A DNA stretch of 64,000 nt from an uncultured Parachlamydiaceae bacterium (GCA_963780445.1 CAWACC010000008.1:12523-76522), one strand, 5' to 3'. Positions 32,366-42,514 are shown, counted from the first letter of the stretch. Numbers and translations: made by a program. The notes: generated by a model from the sequence alone, not told the origin.

Positions 32366-32437
32366 TGGAGGCTAGGAGACTCGAACTCCTGACCCTCTGA
32401 ATGCAAATCAGATGCTCTACCAACTGAGCTAAACCCC
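32366..32437 (-). tRNA. tRNA-Ala (anticodon TGC)
   Basis: Reverse complement GGGGTTTAGCTCAGTTGGTAGAGCATCTGATTTGCATTCAGAGGGTCAGGAGTTCGAGTCTCCTAGCCTCCA. Anticodon loop TTTGCAT. The G3:U70 identity pair is present. Confidence 0.85.
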
Positions 32438-32621
32438 GATTATACCTAATAATGAGTATACAGGATGAGATTCAGCCAATTAAATGACCCGTTCTCGAGA
32501 GCGCTCCGCGGCGTAACTTGTTTCCATGATTCTGTCATTTTGACAACGAAAGAAGACGACGTGTTTACTAGTGAAGTTTGCCCAACCTAAGTATCGCATC
32601 TTCTGCGATACTTTGTCCTTT

Positions 32622-34158
<1,537 letters not shown>

Positions 34159-34376
34159 AAAAAAAAAATTTTGAAAATTTGTTGGTGACACTTTACGTGT
34201 CTTTTATAATTCGTGATTTATCGTTTATTATAACGAGTTCACGTACAAGCTTTATTTCGTTTGCACATCGTCTTTTATCTACTGTCAAAACAACATTGAT
34301 CGCATCAGGCGATCTGTTCGATTCATTTGATATTAGCTTGCCCTTGCCTACTACTCACCATGCGAATGAAGCTCAA

Positions 34377-34450
34377 ACTATACAAGTTAACCTATTATTT
34401 TCGCAAGCACTTTTTTACTTTTTTTTTATTTTTTTTTAATTTTTTTTTAA
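34377..34450 (-). promoter_or_regulatory. Candidate rRNA promoter with an A/T-rich UP-like tract
   Basis: On the minus strand: TTGCGA, an 18-nt spacer, then TATAGT, preceded by about 40 nt of A-runs (AAAAAAAAATTAAAAAAAAATAAAAAAAAAGTAAAAAAG). Located about 220 nt upstream of the mature 16S 5' end. Confidence 0.3.
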
Positions 34451-34472
34451 TCGCGTTGAGAACATATTGTAG

Positions 34473-34623
34473 AAGGGTAAGGGACCAAAGGGACGAAAGG
34501 GACCAAAGGGACCAAAGGGACGAAAGAGACATAAGGGACATAAGGGACATACAAAATATGCTGTGATTCCTTACGCCCTTTCGTCCTTTATATCCCTTTT
34601 GCCCCTTATGTCCCTTTGGTCCC
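34473..34623. repeat. Family-B (AAGGGAC 9-mer) palindrome, largest copy
   Basis: Eight consecutive 9-bp units (GTAAGGGAC CAAAGGGAC GAAAGGGAC CAAAGGGAC CAAAGGGAC GAAAGAGAC ATAAGGGAC ATAAGGGAC), a loop, then degenerate inverted units ...CCCTTATGTCCCTTTGGTCCC. Confidence 0.92.
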
Positions 34624-35379
34624 AGTTGCCTTTTGCAATAATGCTGTGATCACTTCCGGATTATTATCATATATTTTTTTTACAATTTCATTTAGCAGTG
34701 TTCTAGCTCCCTTATGATTTTTTTCTACAGCTTTTTTAAGCCAGAACAAAGCCTTTTGAATTCTAGCCATGCAATCTTTTTTGGTTTCATTATCTGGCAC
34801 CCACGCACCTCCTTGATCAAGCAATCGCTTTCCCAAAAAGTAGGTAGCTTCCAGGTGCCCTTTATTTGCTGCCTGCTCTAACCAGTAGAGAATTACCTCG
34901 ACTTTAGGTCCATCCTCAAAATCATTCGTGTATATGATATAACCATAATAGGCAGTATAATACAGCCATAATGCTTTAGGGTTTTCAAAAGGATCTCCAT
35001 CTTCATTCTCCACATATCTTTTGGCCAATATATATAGGGCATAATAATCCTCCGGGTTTGCGACCACATCGAGATGATGCATGCATTTAAAATACTGCCT
35101 TGCAGCTTTTTCAGTTACATAGTATCTTCCATAAGCATCTTTCAGCTCTCTTACATTTGATGAATATAAATACACAGTACGGGACAAATGCTGAAACCAG
35201 TACTTCATATTGGATTGATTCCTTGCATGGATCCTATCGTTTACTATTTTTGAAATGAGACAGCATTTTGCCAGGTGCCGGGGTGTCAGATATCCGAAAA
35301 TTTTGCTTCTGAGCTCTTCTGGAAGGGATACAAAGTCGTAAACTATCTGGTTAGGCGGCTGGGCATTGTAACTAATCAT
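34606..35379 (-). CDS. F-box / Sel1-like repeat protein
   Basis: 257 aa with the canonical F-box LPEELRSKIFGYLTPRHLAKCCLISKIVNDRI and Sel1-like repeats (WLEQAANKGHLEATYFLGKRLL; WLKKAVEKNHKGARTLL). The C-terminal ...TGTKGT* is encoded by the family-B repeat. Confidence 0.75.
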   Translation of the reverse strand: MISYNAQPPNQIVYDFVSLPEELRSKIFGYLTPRHLAKCCLISKIVNDRIHARNQSNMKYWFQHLSRTVYLYSSNVRELKDAYGRYYVTEKAARQYFKCMHHLDVVANPEDYYALYILAKRYVENEDGDPFENPKALWLYYTAYYGYIIYTNDFEDGPKVEVILYWLEQAANKGHLEATYFLGKRLLDQGGAWVPDNETKKDCMARIQKALFWLKKAVEKNHKGARTLLNEIVKKIYDNNPEVITALLQKATGTKGT

Positions 35380-35421
35380 AAATTCTCCTTTAATGAATTT
35401 TTTGGATAAATAGCGGGTCCA

Positions 35422-36225
35422 TTATCTGTTTTGGAGGACCCAGATGTCTTGTTTGATTGATTTTTGCGGGTAGTCTGACACCTGTTCTAGAATATGGAAT
35501 TCCTTAAAGAGGTCAAACTTTAAAAATTTTGGGCTGTGGAAGGCTGCAAAGCCTCTTCTACCTTCGGTGATATCATCGCGGACGACTAATCTTCCCTGAT
35601 CATACTCTCCTTTTTCCTGATCTGACAGCAGATATCGAAAGAAATCGCCGTGAGAGGTCAAAATAAGGACCCCATTCGGTTTTAAAATTCTTTTTAGTTC
35701 ATGGATCCACGCGAACTGCATGTCTTCGGAAAGGTGTGTAATGACTGAAAGGCCATAGATTGCATCAAAGAAGCTAGGAGGATAGTGGAGAGGAGGTTTT
35801 AAATCATTGCATGAGAAATCGATTCTTGGAAAGTTATTTTGACACCATTCAAAAGTCTGTTTGTTGAAGTCTGTGCCAAAAAGTTCTGGGGTTCGTGAAG
35901 CAAGAATCCGGGGCATATGTTTGAGGACACGTACGGGGCCGCAACCCCAATCCAATACATGAAGAGGGCATTGAGTTGTATATTTCAGGATTATACCGGC
36001 AATCCAGCGGGCGTCTTCAAAGCCTGATTCTTCATACAATTCAAAGTCCACGTGGCCATAGGCATCGAATGCAAGCTCTAGCGGAGGGGGAATAAAAGAA
36101 GGATTTTTTTTTAGAAAATTCCTGTTTTTTTCCTTCAACTTTATGTATTTGCAACGTGATCTGAAGTAATCCAGTACTGGGATAAGATTGAGTCTTGATA
36201 AAATTATCTTTACGTAATTTTTCAT
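35422..36225 (-). CDS. Class I SAM-dependent methyltransferase
   Basis: 267 aa with motif I VLDWGCGPVRVL and post-I/II blocks (FDAIYGLSVITHL; LKPNGVLIL). Confidence 0.75.
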   Translation of the reverse strand: MKNYVKIILSRLNLIPVLDYFRSRCKYIKLKEKNRNFLKKNPSFIPPPLELAFDAYGHVDFELYEESGFEDARWIAGIILKYTTQCPLHVLDWGCGPVRVLKHMPRILASRTPELFGTDFNKQTFEWCQNNFPRIDFSCNDLKPPLHYPPSFFDAIYGLSVITHLSEDMQFAWIHELKRILKPNGVLILTSHGDFFRYLLSDQEKGEYDQGRLVVRDDITEGRRGFAAFHSPKFLKFDLFKEFHILEQVSDYPQKSIKQDIWVLQNR

Positions 36226-36324
36226 AAAAAAAACTATTTAAAATAATGTGGGGTAATTTTTATATTGAATCCATTTGGATTTAATTGTATAGGGTTAATC
36301 AGGAAACCTTATATTAAAATTATT

Positions 36325-37128
36325 ATGCCAGGTTTTTGCTATAAGGACAAGGGAATACCCTGCCTGATCTTTATTATAGCCCTTTTGCTGCCAGGGGTTA
36401 GCATAGCGTTTGATACCCTATTAGACCTGAGTTTTCTTGAATATCATACACATCACTTTTGGAATAAACAGGGGCAAAGGAAGAACAGCCGGACTCATTT
36501 TAGAAAGAACGAAGGACAGATCTATTTTGAGGTAATCCCTGTTCCAGGCTGTGTCTTTTCAACTCTAGGGACCTTTGCGGCCATTCATGATCGCCTGAAT
36601 GGGAATGCCTATGGTTTTGGAGATATCGAGCTTAACTGGACATTTCAACCTCTCCCTAACTGCGCAGAGACTTTCTGGTTGAATGTGACGACGATAATCC
36701 CCGCAGGGGATGAAAAAGATTCTTTGCGTTATGGACGATGGGCCATAGAAGGGGATCTATTTTATTCCAATGCGAAACTCGTTTATGATGTGCCTTGCTG
36801 GTATTATGTGGGTATAGGGTACCGTGCCTATCAGGGTTTCCCCTCGGATCAGGTCCGGGCCATTATCAATGGAACTGCAGCCCTTTCTTCCCGCCTGTTT
36901 TTATATGGGATAGGCAATGTGGAGTGGGGAATATTTAATGGAAGAAGAAAGGAACATTTTAATCAGATTTTGTATAATCCCAATTATAGGCTTGTAAAAA
37001 TTCAGACTGGAATTTTGGGATATATTACCGACTGGCTGTATGTTGATGCCGGGTATTACCGGCATGTTTGGGGGGAAAACATCGGAACAGGAGGAGGTTT
37101 CATTGGAGGTTTTGGTTTGCGTTTTTAG
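36325..37128 (+). CDS. Putative outer-membrane beta-barrel protein
   Basis: Start placed at the first ATG (MPGFCYKDKGIPCLIFIIALLLPGVSIAFD, signal-like). Alternating aromatic/Gly-rich segments end in the typical OMP terminus GGFGLRF*. The track ORF begins at a TTG at 36265. Confidence 0.5.
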   Translation: MPGFCYKDKGIPCLIFIIALLLPGVSIAFDTLLDLSFLEYHTHHFWNKQGQRKNSRTHFRKNEGQIYFEVIPVPGCVFSTLGTFAAIHDRLNGNAYGFGDIELNWTFQPLPNCAETFWLNVTTIIPAGDEKDSLRYGRWAIEGDLFYSNAKLVYDVPCWYYVGIGYRAYQGFPSDQVRAIINGTAALSSRLFLYGIGNVEWGIFNGRRKEHFNQILYNPNYRLVKIQTGILGYITDWLYVDAGYYRHVWGENIGTGGGFIGGFGLRF

Positions 37129-37858
37129 GTATTTTCTTTGTATTTTTTTTATTTTGAATACCACAAGCGGAATCTGCGAAATTTCCACTTACTTTTTGCC
37201 CGAAGATCACCCGGTAAAGCCCATTGCGGATGCGCTTTTTTCTCAGAGCCGAGCTACATTGGATATCAAATCGATGAAAAATGCAGGTTTTATCGATCCC
37301 TATCCCAGAAAATTCACCCATGTCGTTGTCACTCGCCATCCCTTGCTGGAAGGGTATGTTTTGAAAGTGTACCTGGATGCCCAGCGCTATTTTAAAAAGG
37401 AGTCGGAGCTTTACCATTGGCTGAACCGCATAACCGGAGCGGAACTCATTCGAAAGTACATTGAGGAAAACAGCCTCGAGGAAATATTCAAAGTGCCTCA
37501 GAAATGGATTTACCGATTGCCCGATTTTCCCGCTCCTGCACGGGAATTTCTTAAAAAGGAATATATCCTGATTGTAGAGGATATGGAACTGGTTTCGCGG
37601 GAAGAAAATAAGGAACTGTGGTCTAGCGCGTTGGTCACACCTGATTTATTGCATCATATTTTCACTCTATTAAATACTATAGGTTTGCATGACTGCGGCA
37701 GCATTGAAAACATACCGTTCACAAAAGATGGCAGGATTGCTTTCATAGACACTGAAACGTACAACTCTTGGCCTGTAAATTTTAAGAAATTGGCTCCTGG
37801 CTTATCCAAAGAAATGAAAATATACTGGAATCAACTGGTATTAGAAGAAAAAAAATAA
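37040..37858 (+). CDS. Protein-kinase-like (PKL) fold protein, atypical
   Basis: VLKVY (beta3 Lys-like), hinge LIVEDME, catalytic-loop-like LHDCGSIENIPF (HxDxxxxN), and metal-binding AFIDTE. The start is uncertain: the track ORF overlaps the upstream gene by 89 nt and the true start is probably downstream. Confidence 0.4.
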   Translation: MLMPGITGMFGGKTSEQEEVSLEVLVCVFRYFLCIFFILNTTSGICEISTYFLPEDHPVKPIADALFSQSRATLDIKSMKNAGFIDPYPRKFTHVVVTRHPLLEGYVLKVYLDAQRYFKKESELYHWLNRITGAELIRKYIEENSLEEIFKVPQKWIYRLPDFPAPAREFLKKEYILIVEDMELVSREENKELWSSALVTPDLLHHIFTLLNTIGLHDCGSIENIPFTKDGRIAFIDTETYNSWPVNFKKLAPGLSKEMKIYWNQLVLEEKK

Positions 37859-37930
37859 AATACTATTTTATTGAAATTCGCTTTTCTGATTTCATATGTA
37901 CAGAAATTCTCAACTTTGGAGGAGATGCGT

Positions 37931-38266
37931 ATGAAAGTGTTAAGCGGTTTTATTTTTTTTACATCCATGATCAGTTGCCTGGGATCTTTAGACGCACATA
38001 GGCATGAAGTCATTGTCATAGAGGAAGAACCTGCTGTGGATTGTGTCGTGGAGCAGGCACCACCTGAAGATATGGTGGAAGTATGCACTCCTTGCCCGGG
38101 AGCGAATTATTTCTGGATAAAAGGACGCTGGCATTGGAAGCATGGATGGCAATGGGCGCCGGGTCGTTGGGAAGTGCGCCCTTATGCTGCAGCTGTATGG
38201 AGCCATGGCCATTGGAAACGCAAACACCATGGATGGGTATGGATCGAAGGGCATTGGACACACTGA
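37931..38266 (+). CDS. Small secreted WxxGxW-repeat protein
   Basis: Start moved to the ATG at 37931 (GGAGG lies 8 nt upstream). Signal peptide MKVLSGFIFFTSMISCLGS. C-terminal repeats WIKGRWHWKHGWQWAPGRWEV and WSHGHWKRKHHGWVWIEGHW. Confidence 0.6.
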   Translation: MKVLSGFIFFTSMISCLGSLDAHRHEVIVIEEEPAVDCVVEQAPPEDMVEVCTPCPGANYFWIKGRWHWKHGWQWAPGRWEVRPYAAAVWSHGHWKRKHHGWVWIEGHWTH

Positions 38267-38269
38267 CCC

Positions 38270-39163
38270 ATGTTTTGCAAACGCCTGAAAAAAGAAATTG
38301 CTCCCGGCACTTTCATTTCCACTCCCGCGCGCCTCATGGCTATATTGCAATTGTGCCTGGCTTTTACGGTCCTGGCATGGCAGGCGGGTTATCCCTTTAT
38401 GGGAGAGCTGTTTGAAATAAAATCAAAATTGCTGGTCTATGACTATGTGATGGGGGTGAACAATGCAACCTATGCAGAACAGTTTTCGAATCTGCCCGAA
38501 AAGAAGAAAGAAGAAATTTTAAGGGAATACCAGACCTTAAAAGCTCATTTGGGCCGCCCTTTTGTGGATAAAGCGCTAGATTCTGTAGAAAGGGTATTTT
38601 TCAGCCTATCCCCCTTCAAATTATTGTGGATATTCTTCTCCATCATTATTCCCATTTTATTGCTTAAGAAGGTCGAAGGGGCCGCTTCAGTGATCTGGCT
38701 CCTTCCCTTGACCACCATGGTATTTATTGTCCATAACAGATGGTATGGAGAGGTGGTTCCTCTTTCCAAGGATACACAGCTTTTTCCTACTGAAGAAATC
38801 ATTGTTAATAACTATTTGAGGCATCCTTTGAGTTCCGATTTAAACCTGCAGGAGAAGCAGCTTCGCAATGGCTGGGAACTGTATTTGATTGAGGAATGGG
38901 CAAAAGAAACTCCTTCTTCGGATGCCTTCCAATTCACATTACAGAAAGAAAAAGGCGATTTTGCATTTAATCTTGCCCGGCTTTCCGGGCTGGAAATCAA
39001 ACCCTATAAATCATTCAATAATACACAGGAATCCTATCCTGTTTTGGCTCTCTATTTATTTTGGAACCTATCTTTTGCGTTAGTGGTGGGATCGGCTCTC
39101 CAGACTCCGCAGACAAGGCAAACAATACAAATTGTGTACCATTCTTCACCACTGAGCCAGTGA
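38270..39163 (+). CDS. Hypothetical integral membrane protein
   Basis: 297 aa with several TM helices. The start is 3 nt after the upstream stop, suggesting translational coupling. The last codons (SSPLSQ*) lie inside the family-A repeat arm. Confidence 0.5.
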   Translation: MFCKRLKKEIAPGTFISTPARLMAILQLCLAFTVLAWQAGYPFMGELFEIKSKLLVYDYVMGVNNATYAEQFSNLPEKKKEEILREYQTLKAHLGRPFVDKALDSVERVFFSLSPFKLLWIFFSIIIPILLLKKVEGAASVIWLLPLTTMVFIVHNRWYGEVVPLSKDTQLFPTEEIIVNNYLRHPLSSDLNLQEKQLRNGWELYLIEEWAKETPSSDAFQFTLQKEKGDFAFNLARLSGLEIKPYKSFNNTQESYPVLALYLFWNLSFALVVGSALQTPQTRQTIQIVYHSSPLSQ

Positions 39164-39270
39164 GATCACTGAGAAGGTTTGAGATAGGGAGGATAGATGC
39201 CTATTGATCAACTGTAACATGGCATTTGACGTACGTCCTTAAAAAGTTATGGCAAAGCAAAGCATGAAAA
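39143..39270. repeat. Half family-A element (39143-39200) plus a partial inverted family-D fragment (39228-39270)
   Basis: TTCTTCACCACTGAGCCAGTGAGATCACTGAGAAGGTTTGAGATAGGGAGGATAGATGCC has no right arm. GACGTACGTCCTTAAAAAGTTATGGCAAAGCAAAGCATGAAAA is the reverse complement of the family-D right arm. Confidence 0.8.
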
Positions 39271-39359
39271 TCTTCTTCATTGAATTAAATTTTATTTTAA
39301 TTATATTGACTTTAGATTTTTATTAAAAACATTAAATATTAAATTAAATAGAGATTTGT

Positions 39360-41222
39360 ATGAACAAAATTGATTCTATTAATCCTGCATTCGAGACTCC
39401 TCTTCACCTGGCAGTCAAAAGAGGTGATTTGCCCCAATGTAAATTATTGTTGGAGAAGGGCGCTAATATTAACGCCATCAATTGCCTTGGACAAAAAATA
39501 TTACCTATTGCATACGAATCTGAAAACAAAGAGCTCAGGTTCTTTTTTTTAAAAGAGATGATGAAAACCAAACCATTGTCCAATGATGGCAAGACTCCCA
39601 TTTTTGAATATGAGTGTTATCATCACAAACCTCTTTCCGACAAGGAATATGATGATTTTGAAGCGCCTCATAATGAGTTGACAAAATTGACAAAAGAACT
39701 GAAGCTTTTAGGCTTACGCTTTTCTTTACGAGGAAACGTCTTTGAAGGGAGCCCCTCTTTTTTAACCTATAATGCTCTCGCTTCATCTCTGGAAAACTAT
39801 TTAAAGCTCAATCCAGGGCAACCAGCGTCTATTCAATCCATTCCTGATATCATTAAAAATTCTGTAAATATTAAATCTGAGGAAATAATCACACAATTAA
39901 AGCAAAACAAAATAGCGACCCTTTCTTGCGGTTGGCCAGGACATGAAACAACAATAGTCTGTTCTAATAAATATTTAATAATCTGTAATAGGGGAAGTCA
40001 ATGTGGGGATAAACCTGGAATCACCCTATATTCGATTAATAATCCTGCAAAGCTTGATGCCATTATCAGAACCCTTATTGAAAATAGACAGTGGAAACTG
40101 GATCAGAAGGAACAAGCCAAAATTGCAATTGAGGGTACAAGAATTGCTTTTCTAAAAGAAAACATGAAAGAAAAATTTATTAATTTTTTTAATAAAGAAT
40201 TACAGGAAACATTGAAACTTAAAGAACTTCGATATTTCAAACAAAAACCTCAGACAAGTGGAAACTGTGCCTGGATTGGGCCAAAAATGGCTTTCCAGGG
40301 AATTATTATCCTCAATTCAATGCTGGAAAACCCCAATGCCGACCTCGATGACCTTATAAAGGAATCCAAAAAAATTTATACTGAATGGAAAGAATTTGAT
40401 TTGATTCATTCTTTGAAAATCCTCTCCGAAGCGGAAAAAGAACCTTTACTCAAATCTATAGTCGATTTTGAAGCAGTCTATGATGAGTTGTTTGCTTTAA
40501 ATCTTTCAAGAAAACCAGCTCTTGATATGCTATGCAATGCACGACCTCGTTTAAAAGAGTGGATTTCCAATCCCCCTTCTCACGTGATTTCCCATGCCTA
40601 TCAGCATAAGAGTTCAAAACTTTTAAAATCGTGCCTTTCCGCTGGCATTCCACCTGATTTGGAAAAGTTCAGCAAGTGCAACGATAACAAAATCTCCGAC
40701 ATTCATTACGATTACTTTCTAAAGAAAGATATAAAAGCCAATCAGGCGGATGCTTCCGGGATAACTCCTCTGCATGCCCTGTGCTGCAATGCTAACACAG
40801 CCAAGTTGCTGGAACTATTAAAATCCTGGAAAAAGGAAAGTGAAGAACTGAAAGAACCGCAATTATTTCAGAATGCCTTAAACGGTAAAAGTAGTTTAGG
40901 ATTGAACTTTCTTGATGTTCTAATTACAAAAGCAAAGGATCTGGCATCTTTAAAAGAATTGATCGATTGGTCCATTAAATCCGGAGCTGGTATTTTTGAT
41001 GCGACTATTCAGAATACCTTGGTAAAATTCAAAAAAACAGAAGACCTGGAAGTGATCAAAATGCTGTTGAAAAATGCAGGTTATTCTTTGGATGATTGCG
41101 CTTTCCTCTTTGATAATTTATTGAATGGTGAGCCTTACGAATTTACGGAAGCGGTTTTTATGGATTTGTCAGCAGATAGACAAAAATCCCTGCAAAATAA
41201 CCCAGAAGGGCAGGTACAGTAA
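39360..41222 (+). CDS. Ankyrin-repeat protein with a large non-repeat central domain (candidate effector)
   Basis: 620 aa with an N-terminal ANK repeat (TPLHLAVKRGDLPQCKLLLEKGANINAIN) and C-terminal ANK repeats (ITPLHALCCNANTAKLLELL...). The central region of about 350 aa carries the motifs GWPGHETTIVCSNKYLIICNRG and QTSGNCAWIG. Confidence 0.7.
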   Translation: MNKIDSINPAFETPLHLAVKRGDLPQCKLLLEKGANINAINCLGQKILPIAYESENKELRFFFLKEMMKTKPLSNDGKTPIFEYECYHHKPLSDKEYDDFEAPHNELTKLTKELKLLGLRFSLRGNVFEGSPSFLTYNALASSLENYLKLNPGQPASIQSIPDIIKNSVNIKSEEIITQLKQNKIATLSCGWPGHETTIVCSNKYLIICNRGSQCGDKPGITLYSINNPAKLDAIIRTLIENRQWKLDQKEQAKIAIEGTRIAFLKENMKEKFINFFNKELQETLKLKELRYFKQKPQTSGNCAWIGPKMAFQGIIILNSMLENPNADLDDLIKESKKIYTEWKEFDLIHSLKILSEAEKEPLLKSIVDFEAVYDELFALNLSRKPALDMLCNARPRLKEWISNPPSHVISHAYQHKSSKLLKSCLSAGIPPDLEKFSKCNDNKISDIHYDYFLKKDIKANQADASGITPLHALCCNANTAKLLELLKSWKKESEELKEPQLFQNALNGKSSLGLNFLDVLITKAKDLASLKELIDWSIKSGAGIFDATIQNTLVKFKKTEDLEVIKMLLKNAGYSLDDCAFLFDNLLNGEPYEFTEAVFMDLSADRQKSLQNNPEGQVQ

Positions 41223-42438
41223 TTTTTCTAAGGTACCAGAAAAAATCGACTTTTTGCACACCCATAAAGACAACCCCTGCGGCGGATCCGATCAATAGGA
41301 TACTGCCGCCCGTTCCGGCGCAAAAAGCAATCAATTCCCACAGCGCATGGTCTGGCGGGTATTGCTCCAAACTATACATTCCCATAGTGGCTGCCACGAG
41401 CGGGACGTTATCTATTACGGCAGAGACGATGCCGATAATGGTAGCGATGATGCTTATATTTCCAATGGACTCATCCAAGAATCTGGCTACGGCAGATAAA
41501 ATATTGGCGCTTTCCAAAGCATTGACGCACAATAAAATTCCGAGGAAGAAAAGGGCGCTGGACAGATCAATTCTAGAAAGGACAGCCGGTACTCTCAGAT
41601 CCTCACCGGAAGGATCCCTGTAATGAAGCAAGTCTGTAACTAGCCACATGATTCCAAGTCCGAATAACATCCCCATAAAAGGAGGAAGCCCTGTGAGAAT
41701 TTTGAAGATGGGAACGAAAACAAGGCAACCTATCCCAAGAGAGAAAATCAGGACACTAGTAGGGCTTACCTTTTCTTTTTGAGACGTCGTTATTTTTTCT
41801 TCATTATTGGATTTTATCATGAAGTAGAGCCAAGCAAAACTGACGACAAAAGAGACAAGGCTCGGTAAAAAAAGGGTTTTTATAATGTTCAAAGTCGTTA
41901 TTTGACCGCCGATCCATAGCATGGTTGTGGTTACATCTCCGATGGGAGTCCAGGCCCCTCCCGCATTCGCCGCGATGACAATCCCGCCGCCTATGAGGAG
42001 TTTGTCTTCTTTATCTTTAACAAGTTTGTTTAGCAAGGCCAACATCACTATAGTTGTAGTCAGATTGTCCAAAATGGCCGACAGGAAAAAGGCAATAATG
42101 CCTATAATCCATAATAATGTTCTTTCAGATTTTACCTGGATAAGATTGGAAACGATCTGGAAACCCTTGTGCACACTGATGATTTCCACTATGGTCAAAG
42201 CCCCGACCAGAAAAAACACCACCTGTGAAATATTGGCCAGATGATGGCCTAAAAAAACCAGATTTTCTTCTTTCGTAACCCCCGAGTGCGCGAACTGCAG
42301 CACCCAGCATATGACAGCCATCAAGAGGGCGATGGTGGTTTTATTGATTTTTGTATAGTGCTCAAAAGTAATTAAGGCATATCCTATGATAAATACGATG
42401 GAAATCCATAATCCTGTGAAATGAATGGAGTCTGACAT
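41158..42438 (-). CDS. NhaD/ArsB-superfamily Na+/H+ antiporter-like permease
   Basis: 426-aa polytopic membrane protein with an ArsB/NhaD-like duplicated architecture. Its 3' end overlaps the convergent ankyrin gene by 65 nt. Confidence 0.65.
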   Translation of the reverse strand: MSDSIHFTGLWISIVFIIGYALITFEHYTKINKTTIALLMAVICWVLQFAHSGVTKEENLVFLGHHLANISQVVFFLVGALTIVEIISVHKGFQIVSNLIQVKSERTLLWIIGIIAFFLSAILDNLTTTIVMLALLNKLVKDKEDKLLIGGGIVIAANAGGAWTPIGDVTTTMLWIGGQITTLNIIKTLFLPSLVSFVVSFAWLYFMIKSNNEEKITTSQKEKVSPTSVLIFSLGIGCLVFVPIFKILTGLPPFMGMLFGLGIMWLVTDLLHYRDPSGEDLRVPAVLSRIDLSSALFFLGILLCVNALESANILSAVARFLDESIGNISIIATIIGIVSAVIDNVPLVAATMGMYSLEQYPPDHALWELIAFCAGTGGSILLIGSAAGVVFMGVQKVDFFWYLRKITVPALLGYFAGIFVYLLTNP

Positions 42439-42514
42439 ATGAAATTATCCTTCTTTCTATGTATAAAATTCATTGATACAGTAAAATGATATTTTATGGA
42501 ATGATAAGTTGTCA

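Noticed and set aside
32276-32437. Apparent non-canonical features of the spacer tRNAs: a G1-A72 mismatch in tRNA-Ile, and a single-nucleotide 8/9 connector plus a U5-C68 mismatch in tRNA-Ala
   Set aside because: These come from folding by eye and I cannot exclude off-by-one errors in stem assignment. tRNAscan-SE or Infernal is needed before this can be called a finding.
41158-41222. Convergent 3'-end overlaps (ankyrin gene with the NhaD-like gene, 65 nt; prpD with the 22383..22853 gene, 38 nt) as possible antisense regulation
   Set aside because: Such overlaps are common in compact genomes, and one of the four gene models (22383..22853) is weak. Nothing in the sequence specifically indicates regulation.
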